Positions 26,792 to 36,454 of a stretch of DNA of 64,000 nt are shown piece by piece. Under the pieces are notes generated by a model. The model ran no database searches. It was not told the DNA's origin and worked only from the letters and a program-made list of their open reading frames with translations. The translations under genes and the position numbers were made by a program. Source of the stretch: Candidatus Omnitrophota bacterium. GTDB taxonomy: Bacteria > Omnitrophota > Gorgyraeia > Gygaellales > Profunditerraquicolaceae. Position 1 is the stretch's first letter. Each line of letters begins with the position of its first letter. The DNA lies in NCBI GenBank assembly GCA_041651115.1, contig JBAZJY010000001.1:325165-389164 (forward strand), written 5' to 3'.

Positions 26792-28200
26792 AAGATGAAA
26801 TTAAATTCGGCACCGACGGCTGGAGAGGGATAATCAGCGATAATTTTACTTTTGAGAATGTCCGCAGGGTAGCGCAGGCAATCGCGGATTACTATAACGG
26901 AAAATTACTTGCTTCCGGGAAGAATCCGCAAATGGCGGTAGGCTATGACACCCGCTTCCTTTCGGAAAAATACGCGCGCACAGTAAGCGAGGTGCTCGTG
27001 CAGAACGGCATCAGCGCCATTCTTTCGGACAAGCCGGTGCCTACGCCCACGGTAAGCTTTGCCGTAAAACACCGAAAGCTGGATGCGGGCGTGATGATCA
27101 CTGCCAGCCATAACCCGGCGGACTATAATGGCATTAAGATCAAGACTGCCGCAGGCGGAGCAGCAGGAACGGATATTACTAAAGAAGTAGAGAGGCTTAT
27201 TGTGGAGCGGCCGGAGATAAAGGCAGGCCAGCCGGGGAAGCTGGTTAAAGCCGACCTGACCAAAGATTATATAAATTTTTTACGGCATTATATAAGTTTG
27301 CCCAAGATAAAGAATGCCAAGTTCCGGGTGCTGGTAGACCCGATGCATGGCAGCGGTAATAGTTTTATCCGAGATGTTCTTAAAGGTACCCGGATCAAAC
27401 TGGATTTTACCCGCCAGGAAATAAACCCTTCTTTTGGCGGCTTAAGGCCTGAGCCGATACTGGAAAATCTGCTCAATACGCAAAAGTTGCTCAAAAACGG
27501 AAAATACGACATTTGCCTTGTGCTTGACGGCGATGCCGACCGGATAGCGGCTTTTACCGGTGACGGCGAATTCATTAATCCGCAAAAAGTCCTCGGGCTG
27601 TTGATCCTGCATCTTGCGCAGGACCGCAAGATGTCCGGCGGGATCGTAAAGACGATTGTCGGGTCAAATATGCTGGATAATATCGCAGCTAAACTTGGCC
27701 GCAAGCTCCATGAAACTCCGGTAGGTTTTAAATATATTTCCGAACTAATGATCAATGATGATATTCTTGTCGGCGGGGAAGAGGCAGGCGGGATGGGTTT
27801 TAAGAATTATATACCGGAACGCGACGGTTCGCTCGCCGGGCTCCTGCTGCTTGAGATGATGGTACAACGCAAGAAATCGATCGACCGGATATTAAAAGAA
27901 ATGGAAAAAGAATTCGGCAGGTATTATTACGTTAAGGATAACGTTGAGTTAAAGAGCCTGAGCGTCGATATCCGGGATTTTAGAGGCGTCGAGCAACTTC
28001 TCGGGAAAAAAGTCGTAAAGGTCAGTGATGATGACGGCGTAAAATTGATCTGTTCTGATTCCAGCTGGCTGATGTTCAGGGGATCAGGCACTGAACCGAT
28101 CATGCGGTTCTACGCGGAATCAAAAAACCAGTCACAAGCAAAAAAATTGCTTGAGCTGGGGAAAGAAATGATCCTTAAGGGTGGTGCGGCGGTTGTATAA
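26779..28200 (+). CDS. phosphoglucomutase/phosphomannomutase family protein
   Basis: FGTDGWRG and the active-site loop TASHNPADYNGIK. Confidence 0.8.
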   Translation: MCEIKDEIKFGTDGWRGIISDNFTFENVRRVAQAIADYYNGKLLASGKNPQMAVGYDTRFLSEKYARTVSEVLVQNGISAILSDKPVPTPTVSFAVKHRKLDAGVMITASHNPADYNGIKIKTAAGGAAGTDITKEVERLIVERPEIKAGQPGKLVKADLTKDYINFLRHYISLPKIKNAKFRVLVDPMHGSGNSFIRDVLKGTRIKLDFTRQEINPSFGGLRPEPILENLLNTQKLLKNGKYDICLVLDGDADRIAAFTGDGEFINPQKVLGLLILHLAQDRKMSGGIVKTIVGSNMLDNIAAKLGRKLHETPVGFKYISELMINDDILVGGEEAGGMGFKNYIPERDGSLAGLLLLEMMVQRKKSIDRILKEMEKEFGRYYYVKDNVELKSLSVDIRDFRGVEQLLGKKVVKVSDDDGVKLICSDSSWLMFRGSGTEPIMRFYAESKNQSQAKKLLELGKEMILKGGAAVV

Positions 28201-28771
28201 ATTCGGCAGGTTTCTTTGTTGGCTGTATTGCGCGCCTTTTATCCGTCTGAAAGTCAGCGGAAGGAATAATATTCCCAAAAAAGGGGGATTTATTTTAGCG
28301 AGCAACCACGTGAGCTATCTTGACCCTATGGTTCTGGGATTTGCCTGCCCGCGTAATTTAAATTTTATGGCTAAGGCAGAATTGTTCCGTAATGCCCTGT
28401 TTGGCCGGTTAATCGGCAGCGTCGGGGCATTCCCGGTAAAACGGAAAAGCGGAGACGCCTCTGCCTTAAAAGAAGCGATCCGGAGAATAGTTTCCGGCAA
28501 GGGGTTGGTTTTATTTCCGGAAGGCGGCCGCGGAAACGGCGCTAACCTGCAGCAGCCGGAAGCAGGCATAGGATTTATTGCCGCGAAGGCAGCTGTGCCG
28601 GTAATACCGGTTTTTATCAGGGGTACGGGAATCGCCCTGCCTAAAGGAAGCAGGAAGATCAAGCGCGCGCAGGTCAGCGTTGTTTTTGGGAAGCCGCTCT
28701 TTATTGAAAAAAATATGGAGTATCAAGATGCCGCCAATTTGATCATGGCGAATATCAGGCATCTTTCATGA
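28181..28771 (+). CDS. plsC: 1-acyl-sn-glycerol-3-phosphate acyltransferase
   Basis: ILASNHVSYLDPMVLG (HxxxxD) and FPEGGR motifs. Confidence 0.8.
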   Translation: MVRRLYKFGRFLCWLYCAPFIRLKVSGRNNIPKKGGFILASNHVSYLDPMVLGFACPRNLNFMAKAELFRNALFGRLIGSVGAFPVKRKSGDASALKEAIRRIVSGKGLVLFPEGGRGNGANLQQPEAGIGFIAAKAAVPVIPVFIRGTGIALPKGSRKIKRAQVSVVFGKPLFIEKNMEYQDAANLIMANIRHLS

Positions 28772-28932
28772 TAAAAAAATACCTGTCCTTTTGTTTTTGA
28801 AAAAAAGGCGCAGGAGTCAGGAGGTGTTGTTTAGTAGTGAGAAATTAAAAATTTAAAAAAACATTAAAAATTTCGCCGAAGGCGAATCCGCCTGCGGCGG
28901 GAAAAAATAATCCTTAAGGAGGAACTATAGAA

Positions 28933-30474
28933 ATGTCAGAAGATAGAGCTATTTTGGAAGAGCTGTATAAGCAAAGCATAAAGATCATCAAAGAAGGTGA
29001 AGTCGTAAAAGGAAAGATTGTTTCCGTAAAGCCGAAAGAAGTCATCGTGGACGTCGGTTTTAAATCCGAGGGCATTGTCCCGGTAGCGGAATTCGGCAGG
29101 GAAGACCTTGAAGTCGGTAAAGAACTCGATTTTCTTATTGAATCAATCGAGAATGACGCCGGCATTATCACGCTTTCCCGCGAAAAGGCCCAGCGCATCA
29201 AGGGCTGGTACAAGATCGTCAAGAACCAGACCGAAGGCGACCTGGTTGACGGCAGGCCGGTGAAAAAAGTAAAGGGCGGTTTTATCGTGGATGTCATGGG
29301 CATAGAAGGGTTTTTGCCTGCGTCCTTATCCGCGTTCAAGGGCGTCCTTGACAAAGACATTCTCGGGAAGTCGTATAAGTTCAAGATCGTCAAGATCAAT
29401 AATCTTCGCCACAGCATTATCCTTTCCCGCCGCGAAGCGCTGCATAAAGAAAAAGAAGCAGTCAAAGAAAAAATCTGGCTGGAATTGAAGATCGGCAATG
29501 TCCATTCCGGCATGGTGAAGGCAATAACTGATTTCGGCGCGTTTATTGACCTCGGCGGCGTTGACGGGCTGCTGCATATTACAGATATGTCGTGGTCAAA
29601 GATCAGTCATCCTTCGGAAGTGGTGGCATTGGGGGATAAGATTGAGGTGATGATACTTAATTTTGACAAGGAATCCGGAAAGGTTTCGCTCGGCCTTAAG
29701 CAGCGTCTGCCTGATCCGTGGCAGGACGTGGCAACCAAATTCTCCGCCGGCACAAAAGTAAAAGGCAAGGTTGTAAATATCCTTCCTTACGGCGTGTTTG
29801 TGGAGCTGGAAAAAGGCATTGAGGGATTGATACATATTTCCGAGATGTCATGGACAAAGCGGGTGAATAATCCGGCAGAAATGTTCGCAGTGGGAGATAT
29901 GGTTGAAGCGCAGATATTGAACATCGACAAGGAATCGCGCAGGATCTCTTTAAGCATCAAGCAGCTGGAGCAGAACCCATGGCTGGAGGCTGATTCGCGC
30001 TATCCTGCCGGCAGCAAAGTCCAAGGCAAAGTCCGTGGCTTTACCGATTATGGCGCGTTCGTGGAGTTAGACGGTAATCTTGAAGGGATGATCCACGTTT
30101 CAGATATGTCATGGACAAAAAGAGTGGCGCACCCCCAGGACGTATTAAAAAAGGGCCAGAAGGTTGACGTGATGGTCCTTTCCGTGGATGCGCAAAACCG
30201 CAGGATCTCTTTAGGCCTGAAACAGCTTCAATTGAACCCATGGTCGGAGATCGCGGTAAAGTATCCGCTTGATACGGTGCTGGAAACCGAAGTGGTGAAT
30301 ATTACCGATTTCGGGGTATTTGTGAAGATCAGCGAAGACCTGGAAGGGCTGATCTACGCCAGTGAGATCGATAAAGAAACCGTAGCGCAGCTTAAGCCCG
30401 GAGATAAGATCCAGGCAAAAGTAATGAAGGTGGATGTTGATCAGGCGAAGATCGGCCTGTCAGCTAAAGTATAA
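28933..30474 (+). CDS. rpsA: 30S ribosomal protein S1 (multiple S1 domains)
   Basis: Repeated S1-domain modules (VKGKV...FGAFV...GLLHISD/HISEMSW). GGAGG RBS. Confidence 0.9.
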   Translation: MSEDRAILEELYKQSIKIIKEGEVVKGKIVSVKPKEVIVDVGFKSEGIVPVAEFGREDLEVGKELDFLIESIENDAGIITLSREKAQRIKGWYKIVKNQTEGDLVDGRPVKKVKGGFIVDVMGIEGFLPASLSAFKGVLDKDILGKSYKFKIVKINNLRHSIILSRREALHKEKEAVKEKIWLELKIGNVHSGMVKAITDFGAFIDLGGVDGLLHITDMSWSKISHPSEVVALGDKIEVMILNFDKESGKVSLGLKQRLPDPWQDVATKFSAGTKVKGKVVNILPYGVFVELEKGIEGLIHISEMSWTKRVNNPAEMFAVGDMVEAQILNIDKESRRISLSIKQLEQNPWLEADSRYPAGSKVQGKVRGFTDYGAFVELDGNLEGMIHVSDMSWTKRVAHPQDVLKKGQKVDVMVLSVDAQNRRISLGLKQLQLNPWSEIAVKYPLDTVLETEVVNITDFGVFVKISEDLEGLIYASEIDKETVAQLKPGDKIQAKVMKVDVDQAKIGLSAKV

Positions 30475-30479
30475 AATAG

Positions 30480-30597
30480 GTTAAGGTTAGGGTGAAGAAG
30501 CCGGTATGGCTTAGGGGTTAAGGTTAAGTTGTTGATGCTTAACCTTAACCTGTTTACCATACTGGCTTCTTAACCATGACCTGATAACTTAACCAGC
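30480..30597 (+). terminator. compound nested inverted repeat after rpsA; probable terminator
   Basis: gaagaagccggtatgg...ggttaaggttaag-ttgttgatg-cttaaccttaacc...ccatactggcttcttaacc. Confidence 0.5.
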
Positions 30598-30608
30598 CTA
30601 TAATTCCT

Positions 30609-31784
30609 ATGATAAGAGATTTAAATAACCAATTGAAGATCATTAAGCGCGGGGCAGTGGATATAATCTCCGAGCCGGAATTGAAGGCAAAGCTTGAGCA
30701 GAGTATTGCGAAAAACAAGCCATTGAACATAAAGGCTGGGTTTGACCCTACTGCTCCGGATCTGCATCTTGGGCATACGGTATTGCTCAGGAAGCTGAAA
30801 CAATTTCAGGATTTAGGCCATAAAGTATTTTTCTTGATCGGCGATTTTACCGGCCGCATCGGTGACCCTACGGGCAGGTCGGAATTACGAAAACAGCTTA
30901 CACCGGAAGAAGTGGCGAAGAACGCCGAGACATATAAAAAACAGGTATCCAAAATATTGGATATTGATAAAATCAAGGTTGTATTTAACAGCGCGTGGTT
31001 TGATAAGATGTCGGTACTTGAGCTGCTCAGGCTGACTGCGCATGCGACGGTATCACAGACCCTGGCGCGCGCTGACTTTAAGAAGCGGATGGCAAAAAAC
31101 GAAGATGTTTCGCTGCTTGAATTCATGTATCCGCTGCTCCAGGGGTACGATTCGGTGCAGCTTGAAGCGGACATTGAGCTCGGCGGTACTGACCAGATAT
31201 TTAACTTGCTTATGGGCCGGGACATACAGAAAGATTTTGGGCAACCGCAGCAGGTAGTGATAACCATGCCGCTATTGGAAGGTACTGATGGCGTGCAGAA
31301 GATGAGTAAATCTTACAGTAATTATATCGGCATTAATGAAGACGCTGGCTCGATGTTCGGCAAGGTGATGTCAATTTCCGATGAGATGATGTTCAAATAT
31401 TACACACTTTTAACGGATGAAGACCTTGCCCAGGTCAAGGCAATGCATCCGAAAGAGGCAAAGTTACGGTTGGCGGAGATCATCGTTTCACAATATCATT
31501 CGCCGGCAGCAGCTAGTCAGGGGCGGGATAGTTTTCAGCGCGTGTTCAGTTCCCGCGAACTCCCCGAAGAGATCCAGGAATATAAGATCCCTGCCGCAGG
31601 CAAGCCTTTAGTCGATATACTTACCGGCTCCGGCCTTGTAAAAAGCAAGAATGAAGCCCGCCGGCTTATCCAGCAAGGCGGCGTGGCAGCCGATGGCAAA
31701 GTTATTGCCGGTGAAGACATAATTATCGACAGGGAATGTGTCCTGAAAGTAGGGAAGCGGCGTTTTTTAAAGCTTTCCAAGTAA
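30609..31784 (+). CDS. tyrS: tyrosine--tRNA ligase (with C-terminal S4 domain)
   Basis: [28 protein letters not shown] (HIGH) and KMSKS present. Confidence 0.9.
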   Translation: MIRDLNNQLKIIKRGAVDIISEPELKAKLEQSIAKNKPLNIKAGFDPTAPDLHLGHTVLLRKLKQFQDLGHKVFFLIGDFTGRIGDPTGRSELRKQLTPEEVAKNAETYKKQVSKILDIDKIKVVFNSAWFDKMSVLELLRLTAHATVSQTLARADFKKRMAKNEDVSLLEFMYPLLQGYDSVQLEADIELGGTDQIFNLLMGRDIQKDFGQPQQVVITMPLLEGTDGVQKMSKSYSNYIGINEDAGSMFGKVMSISDEMMFKYYTLLTDEDLAQVKAMHPKEAKLRLAEIIVSQYHSPAAASQGRDSFQRVFSSRELPEEIQEYKIPAAGKPLVDILTGSGLVKSKNEARRLIQQGGVAADGKVIAGEDIIIDRECVLKVGKRRFLKLSK

Positions 31785-31787
31785 ATA

Positions 31788-33032
31788 ATGCTCAAAAAAA
31801 TAGACAGCTTTGGCAAGAATGTCATTATTGTATTAGCTGGGACCTCGCTTTTAAATTTTTTCAATCTTGTCTGCCAGTTATTGATCGCCCACCGTTTTAA
31901 TCCGGCTGATTTCGCGGCTTTTAATTCATTGCTTGCGTTGTGCGTGATCATTGCCGCTCCTTTTGGCACGCTTCAGCCGGCAATTACGAAGTATATCGCG
32001 GAATTTCACGCCAGGGGGGAAACGGAAAAAATCAGGGTTTTTCTTTCCGCTCTCTTAAAGATATCCGGCTTGATCGGCGTGCTTATTCTTTGCGCATTTT
32101 ATTTTACTTCCCCGTTCATCGCAGAAAAGTTCAAGCTTTCCAGCGTGTTTCCCGTTTATATGCTGGGGGGGTTGATTTCTCTAGCGTGCGTCATGCCGGT
32201 TTTTTCCGGCGCGGTCCAGGGCCGGGAATTATTCGGCTGGTTTTCGGCGGTATCGGTAACCGGCGGCCTGCTGAAATTAGGTTTGATATTTATTTTTATC
32301 ATTCTTGGTTTCGGGATCACCGGGGCCATCGGGGCATTCCTTATCGCTTCCGCAATTTCCATCCTGCTATTTTTTCCGCCGCTGAAAGACTATTTTGTTC
32401 CGCCGGCCCATAAGACGAAAATAAATTTTAAAGAGCTCTTTTTCTATTTGGTCCCCGTAGCGGTAAGCTACTTCTGCTTTATGGTCATCGTCAGCTCTGA
32501 TATGATCATGGTTAAATATTACTTTAGCGCGGAAGAATCCGGGACATATGCAGTTGCGCAAGTGATCGGGAAAATATTTATGTTTTTGCCCGGGGCAATA
32601 AATATGGTGATGTTCCCGCGGACAAGCAGCCTGCACGCGAAAAACCTGGATACAACGGTGATATTAAAGCGGTCGCTGCTGTATGCAGCCGGCCTGTGCG
32701 GCATTGCCGCCGTATTCTATAATCTCTGGCCGCAGTTCTCGCTTAATGTACTTACGGGTAAGGCCGGTTATGAATCAGCTGCTTTGGGCAGGATGTTCAG
32801 CTTTTCCATGACGCTTTTTGCCTTGGTGTGGATAATGGTCATGTATTTTCTTTCGAAGCGGGACTTTCGGTTTATAAGCTGGCTTGTGCTGTTGACGTTT
32901 GCGCAGATATCCGCCATTGTCTTTTTTCACGCAACCCTGTTCCAGGTGCAGGCAGTGCTTTGCGCGGTTGCCATTTTACTTTTTTGCGTTTATTCCGTCA
33001 TATTTTTTAGCGCCCCCAAAAGGAAACGATGA
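31788..33032 (+). CDS. polysaccharide biosynthesis protein / oligosaccharide flippase (Wzx-like, MOP superfamily)
   Basis: About 12 predicted TM helices. Starts 4 nt after the tyrS stop. Confidence 0.65.
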   Translation: MLKKIDSFGKNVIIVLAGTSLLNFFNLVCQLLIAHRFNPADFAAFNSLLALCVIIAAPFGTLQPAITKYIAEFHARGETEKIRVFLSALLKISGLIGVLILCAFYFTSPFIAEKFKLSSVFPVYMLGGLISLACVMPVFSGAVQGRELFGWFSAVSVTGGLLKLGLIFIFIILGFGITGAIGAFLIASAISILLFFPPLKDYFVPPAHKTKINFKELFFYLVPVAVSYFCFMVIVSSDMIMVKYYFSAEESGTYAVAQVIGKIFMFLPGAINMVMFPRTSSLHAKNLDTTVILKRSLLYAAGLCGIAAVFYNLWPQFSLNVLTGKAGYESAALGRMFSFSMTLFALVWIMVMYFLSKRDFRFISWLVLLTFAQISAIVFFHATLFQVQAVLCAVAILLFCVYSVIFFSAPKRKR

Positions 33033-33823
33033 AGAATATCCTGGAAAAAGTCTCCATAGTAATGCCGGCGTACAACGAAGAAGGCCGCATTGTTGCCAGC
33101 ATTGAAGAAATCGTAATGACATTCAATGACTTCGGCTGCACGTGGGAACTTATAGTTATCGACGACGGCTCAACCGATAAGACTTATGCGCGTGCGAGTT
33201 CGTTAATAGAGAAATATTCCGGCCGCTTGATCGTCAAAAAGAACCCGCTTAATCTTGGAAAGGGCAGGGCGCTGAAAAAATCGCTTCATTATATAAGCGG
33301 CGATTATGCGGTATTTATCGATGCGGATATGGACCTGCATCCGATCCAGGTGCAGACATTGTTTGATATTATGCGATTGGACAATGCCGATATCGTGATC
33401 GGCTCCAAGCTCCATCCTAATTCGCGCGTTAATTATCCATTGCAGCGGCGGGTCATCAGTTTCGTTTACTATCTCTTGGTAAAAATCTTGTTTAAGTTGC
33501 CCTGCCACGACACGCAGACCGGCTTGAAGCTGTTTAAGACGGATGTCCTGCGCGCGGTTTTCCCCAGGATACTCGTAAAAAAATTCGCTTTTGACCTGGA
33601 GGTTTTAGCAAACGCGCATCATTTGGGGTATCGCATTGCCGAGGCGCCGATTGTGCTTGATTCCCGCAGGCGCTATGGCCGCATCGGCCCGACGTCAATA
33701 TTTACCACTTTTTGGGATACGTTAGCGATCTTTTACCGGATGCATATCGCAAAATACTATGACCGTATCGATTATCATCGCCGTAAAAACATGGCAAAGG
33801 AATTTAGAAGAGTGCGTCGCTAA
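33029..33823 (+). CDS. glycosyltransferase family 2 (polyprenyl-phosphate sugar synthase-like)
   Basis: VSIVMPAYNEEGRI...LIVIDDGSTDKT...DADMD GT2 motifs. Confidence 0.75.
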   Translation: MKNILEKVSIVMPAYNEEGRIVASIEEIVMTFNDFGCTWELIVIDDGSTDKTYARASSLIEKYSGRLIVKKNPLNLGKGRALKKSLHYISGDYAVFIDADMDLHPIQVQTLFDIMRLDNADIVIGSKLHPNSRVNYPLQRRVISFVYYLLVKILFKLPCHDTQTGLKLFKTDVLRAVFPRILVKKFAFDLEVLANAHHLGYRIAEAPIVLDSRRRYGRIGPTSIFTTFWDTLAIFYRMHIAKYYDRIDYHRRKNMAKEFRRVRR

Positions 33824-34712
33824 ATGCCGGGAGCTGGATTTTCCGGATTTCGAGATTATTGTCCTGCCGGACGGCCCGGTTAGCGAAGCGCAAAAAGAGG
33901 TCCGGATTATCCCTACCGGCCCGGTAAGCCCGGCGCATAAGCGGGATATCGGCTTTAAGCAGGCAAATGGCGAGATCATCGCGTTCCTGGATGACGATGC
34001 CTGGCCGGAAAAAGCCTGGCTTAAGAACGCAATAAGGCATTTTAGCGATGCTTCAATTGCCGCGGTCGGCGGTCCGGCAGTCACTCCTGTTGACGATAGC
34101 TTGTGGCAGAAGGCCAGCGGAGCGGTTTATTCCTCGCCATTGGTCAGCGGAAAGTATATTTACCGTTATATGCCGAGGCAACTGCGGCAGGTAGATGATT
34201 ACCCCAGCTGTAATTTCATTGTCCGTAAGGCAGTGTTGGAGAAAACAGGGGGGTTTAACACTAATTTTTGGCCGGGCGAAGATACAAAGCTCTGCCTTGA
34301 CATTACTCAAAAGCTTGGAAAAAAGATAATCTATGATCCGCAGGTCCTGGTCTATCATCATCGCCGCCCGGTTTTTCTTCCTCATCTGAAGCAGATTGCC
34401 AGTTATGCCGTGCACCGGGGCTATTTTGTAAAAAGATACCCTGAAACTTCCTTAAGGCCGGCTTATTTTGTGCCTTCAATTTTTCTCATAGGAATAGTGC
34501 TGGGAATGCTGGTTTCTTTGTTCGTGCCGGTAATCCGGCTTGTCTACTTGCCAGGTGTGTTTCTATACTTACTTTTGGTTCTTATCTTTAGCCTTTCTAA
34601 TGGGTTAAGCTTGCTTGGCCTGGTTTTATTTGGTATAATAACAACCCATATCACCTATGGCGCATTCTTCATAAAGGGCTTATTAACAAAACAGCTTTCA
34701 GAAGAAAATTAA
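33759..34712 (+). CDS. glycosyltransferase family 2 with C-terminal transmembrane helices
   Basis: VSIIIAVKTWQRNLEECV...FLDDDAWPEKAW GT2 motifs plus a hydrophobic C-terminus. Confidence 0.7.
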   Translation: MTVSIIIAVKTWQRNLEECVAKCRELDFPDFEIIVLPDGPVSEAQKEVRIIPTGPVSPAHKRDIGFKQANGEIIAFLDDDAWPEKAWLKNAIRHFSDASIAAVGGPAVTPVDDSLWQKASGAVYSSPLVSGKYIYRYMPRQLRQVDDYPSCNFIVRKAVLEKTGGFNTNFWPGEDTKLCLDITQKLGKKIIYDPQVLVYHHRRPVFLPHLKQIASYAVHRGYFVKRYPETSLRPAYFVPSIFLIGIVLGMLVSLFVPVIRLVYLPGVFLYLLLVLIFSLSNGLSLLGLVLFGIITTHITYGAFFIKGLLTKQLSEEN

Positions 34713-34715
34713 TCA

Positions 34716-36194
34716 ATGAAAATCTTAATTTCGTATCCGCCGCTCAGCACTAAAAAAGGCTGTCCGACTTTGGGCCAAAACCGGCAGTTCCAGTATTTTA
34801 AGGAACCGACTTTTATTTATCCGGTTGTCCCGGCGCTTGCTGCGACACTGCTTAAAAAAGCCGGCCATGAAGCGGTCTGGAATGATTGTTTGGCCCAGGG
34901 GTGGGATTTTCCAACTTTTCTGAATTTTATCCGGAAGGAACAGCCGGGTGTAATTGTTTTTGAAACGAAGACCCCGGTTATAAAGCAGCATTGGAAAATG
35001 ATTGATGATATTAAGGGATTGTTTGCGCCGGAAACCGGGCCTAAATTTGTTTTAATGGGTGATCACGTTACCGCGTTGCCCGAAGAATCGTTTGAGAAAT
35101 CGCAGGTTGATTTTGTCCTTACCGGCGGAGATTATGATTTTCTTCTTTTGAACCTTTGTAACTATTTACGTTCGCCTGAGACCAATCTTGAGCCGGGTAT
35201 TTATTTTCGCGACGGAAAAACGGTCAAGAATACCGGTAAATTCAAATTGGACCATGACCTGGATGCACTGCCGTTCATTGACCGCGAATTGACAAAATGG
35301 CAACTCTATGCGTCTAAAAACGGCAATTATAAAAGGACGCCCGGTACATATATCATGTCCGGCCGCGATTGCTGGTGGGGCAAATGCAGTTTTTGCAGCT
35401 GGCCGGGGATGTATCCAACGTTCCGCAGCCGCTCAACGCAGAACGTACTGGAAGAGGTCGGATACTTGATCGATAAATATTCGGTCAAGGAAATAATGGA
35501 TGATACCGGCTGTTTCCCGGCAGGCGAGTGGTTGAGGGAGTTCTGCCGGGGCATGGATGAGCTTGGCTTTAGCCGGAAAGCCTATTTTGACTGCAATATG
35601 CGTTTCGGCAGCTTGAGCGTCGATGATTTTGCGCTGATGAAAAAAGCTAACTTCCGGTTGCTGCTTTTTGGCTTGGAATCCGCCAATCAGGCGACGCTGG
35701 ACAGGATTAACAAGAACTTGAAAGTCGAACGGATAATTGAAGATTGCAAGGCGGCGACGCAAGCCGGACTTTTCCCGCATATTACGATCATGTTCGGATA
35801 CCCCTGGGAGGATTACGCGCAGGCAAAGAAGACGCTGGAGTTAGGAAAGTATTTACTGCGCAAGGGATATGCTTATACGATGCAGGCAACCGTGGTCATC
35901 CCTTATCCGGGAACTCCATTGTTTGAAGAATGCAAACGCAGCCATTTGTTGAAAACTGTTGATTGGGATGATTACGATATGAAGTCGCCGGTGATGAAAA
36001 CTGCGGTCGCAGATGAAAGGATTATGGGATTGGTGCAGGGCATGTACGGGGCTTCTTTCCAGCCGGAGTTTATTTTCAGGAAAATAGCGGCCTTGAGAGA
36101 TACCGATGATCTCCGGTATTACCTGCGGGCCTTAAAAAAGGTTATCGGCCATATGTTTGATTTCAGGAGAAATCGGTTATGCTCTGGAAAATAG
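34716..36194 (+). CDS. B12-binding-domain radical SAM protein (class B)
   Basis: N-terminal cobalamin-binding-like domain. Cys cluster CWWGKCSFC. 492 aa. Confidence 0.75.
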   Translation: MKILISYPPLSTKKGCPTLGQNRQFQYFKEPTFIYPVVPALAATLLKKAGHEAVWNDCLAQGWDFPTFLNFIRKEQPGVIVFETKTPVIKQHWKMIDDIKGLFAPETGPKFVLMGDHVTALPEESFEKSQVDFVLTGGDYDFLLLNLCNYLRSPETNLEPGIYFRDGKTVKNTGKFKLDHDLDALPFIDRELTKWQLYASKNGNYKRTPGTYIMSGRDCWWGKCSFCSWPGMYPTFRSRSTQNVLEEVGYLIDKYSVKEIMDDTGCFPAGEWLREFCRGMDELGFSRKAYFDCNMRFGSLSVDDFALMKKANFRLLLFGLESANQATLDRINKNLKVERIIEDCKAATQAGLFPHITIMFGYPWEDYAQAKKTLELGKYLLRKGYAYTMQATVVIPYPGTPLFEECKRSHLLKTVDWDDYDMKSPVMKTAVADERIMGLVQGMYGASFQPEFIFRKIAALRDTDDLRYYLRALKKVIGHMFDFRRNRLCSGK

Positions 36195-36454
36195 TCGGCC
36201 TGACTGCCGCGTTGTTAACCACCTTTTCTTTTGTCCCGCAGATCATAAAAGTGAGGAGGTCGCGGTCAGTCAAAGATGTCAGCCTGATAACCCTGGTCCA
36301 GTTTTCTGCCGGCGTTTTCTTGTGGGCCCTGTACGGCATTTTTTTAAGGGACGTGATTATAATCAGCGCTAACTGCGTGACGCTGGTAACGCTGTGTATC
36401 CTGCTATCGCTTTATTTTAAATATTCTAAAATGGAGAAGCCCGATGAGGCTTAA
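36179..36454 (+). CDS. SemiSWEET / PQ-loop family small sugar transporter
   Basis: 91 aa with three TM helices and a PQ motif (FSFVPQIIKV). Confidence 0.6.
   Translation: MLWKIVGLTAALLTTFSFVPQIIKVRRSRSVKDVSLITLVQFSAGVFLWALYGIFLRDVIIISANCVTLVTLCILLSLYFKYSKMEKPDEA

Noticed and set aside
28775-28932. Possible ncRNA in the rpsA upstream region (hairpins cgccgaaggcg and ccgcctgcggcgg)
   Set aside because: It is most simply the structured autoregulatory 5' leader commonly found before rpsA. There is not enough evidence for an independent RNA gene.
33029-34712. The two adjacent GT2 ORFs being one frameshifted gene
   Set aside because: Each ORF contains its own complete GT2 N-terminal (DxD-containing) domain and they overlap by 65 nt in different frames, which is consistent with two genes.
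36157-36372. 71-aa + strand ORF overlapping the SemiSWEET gene in another frame
   Set aside because: The SemiSWEET frame gives a coherent 3-TM PQ-loop protein, while the alternative frame is Arg/Pro-rich with no features.
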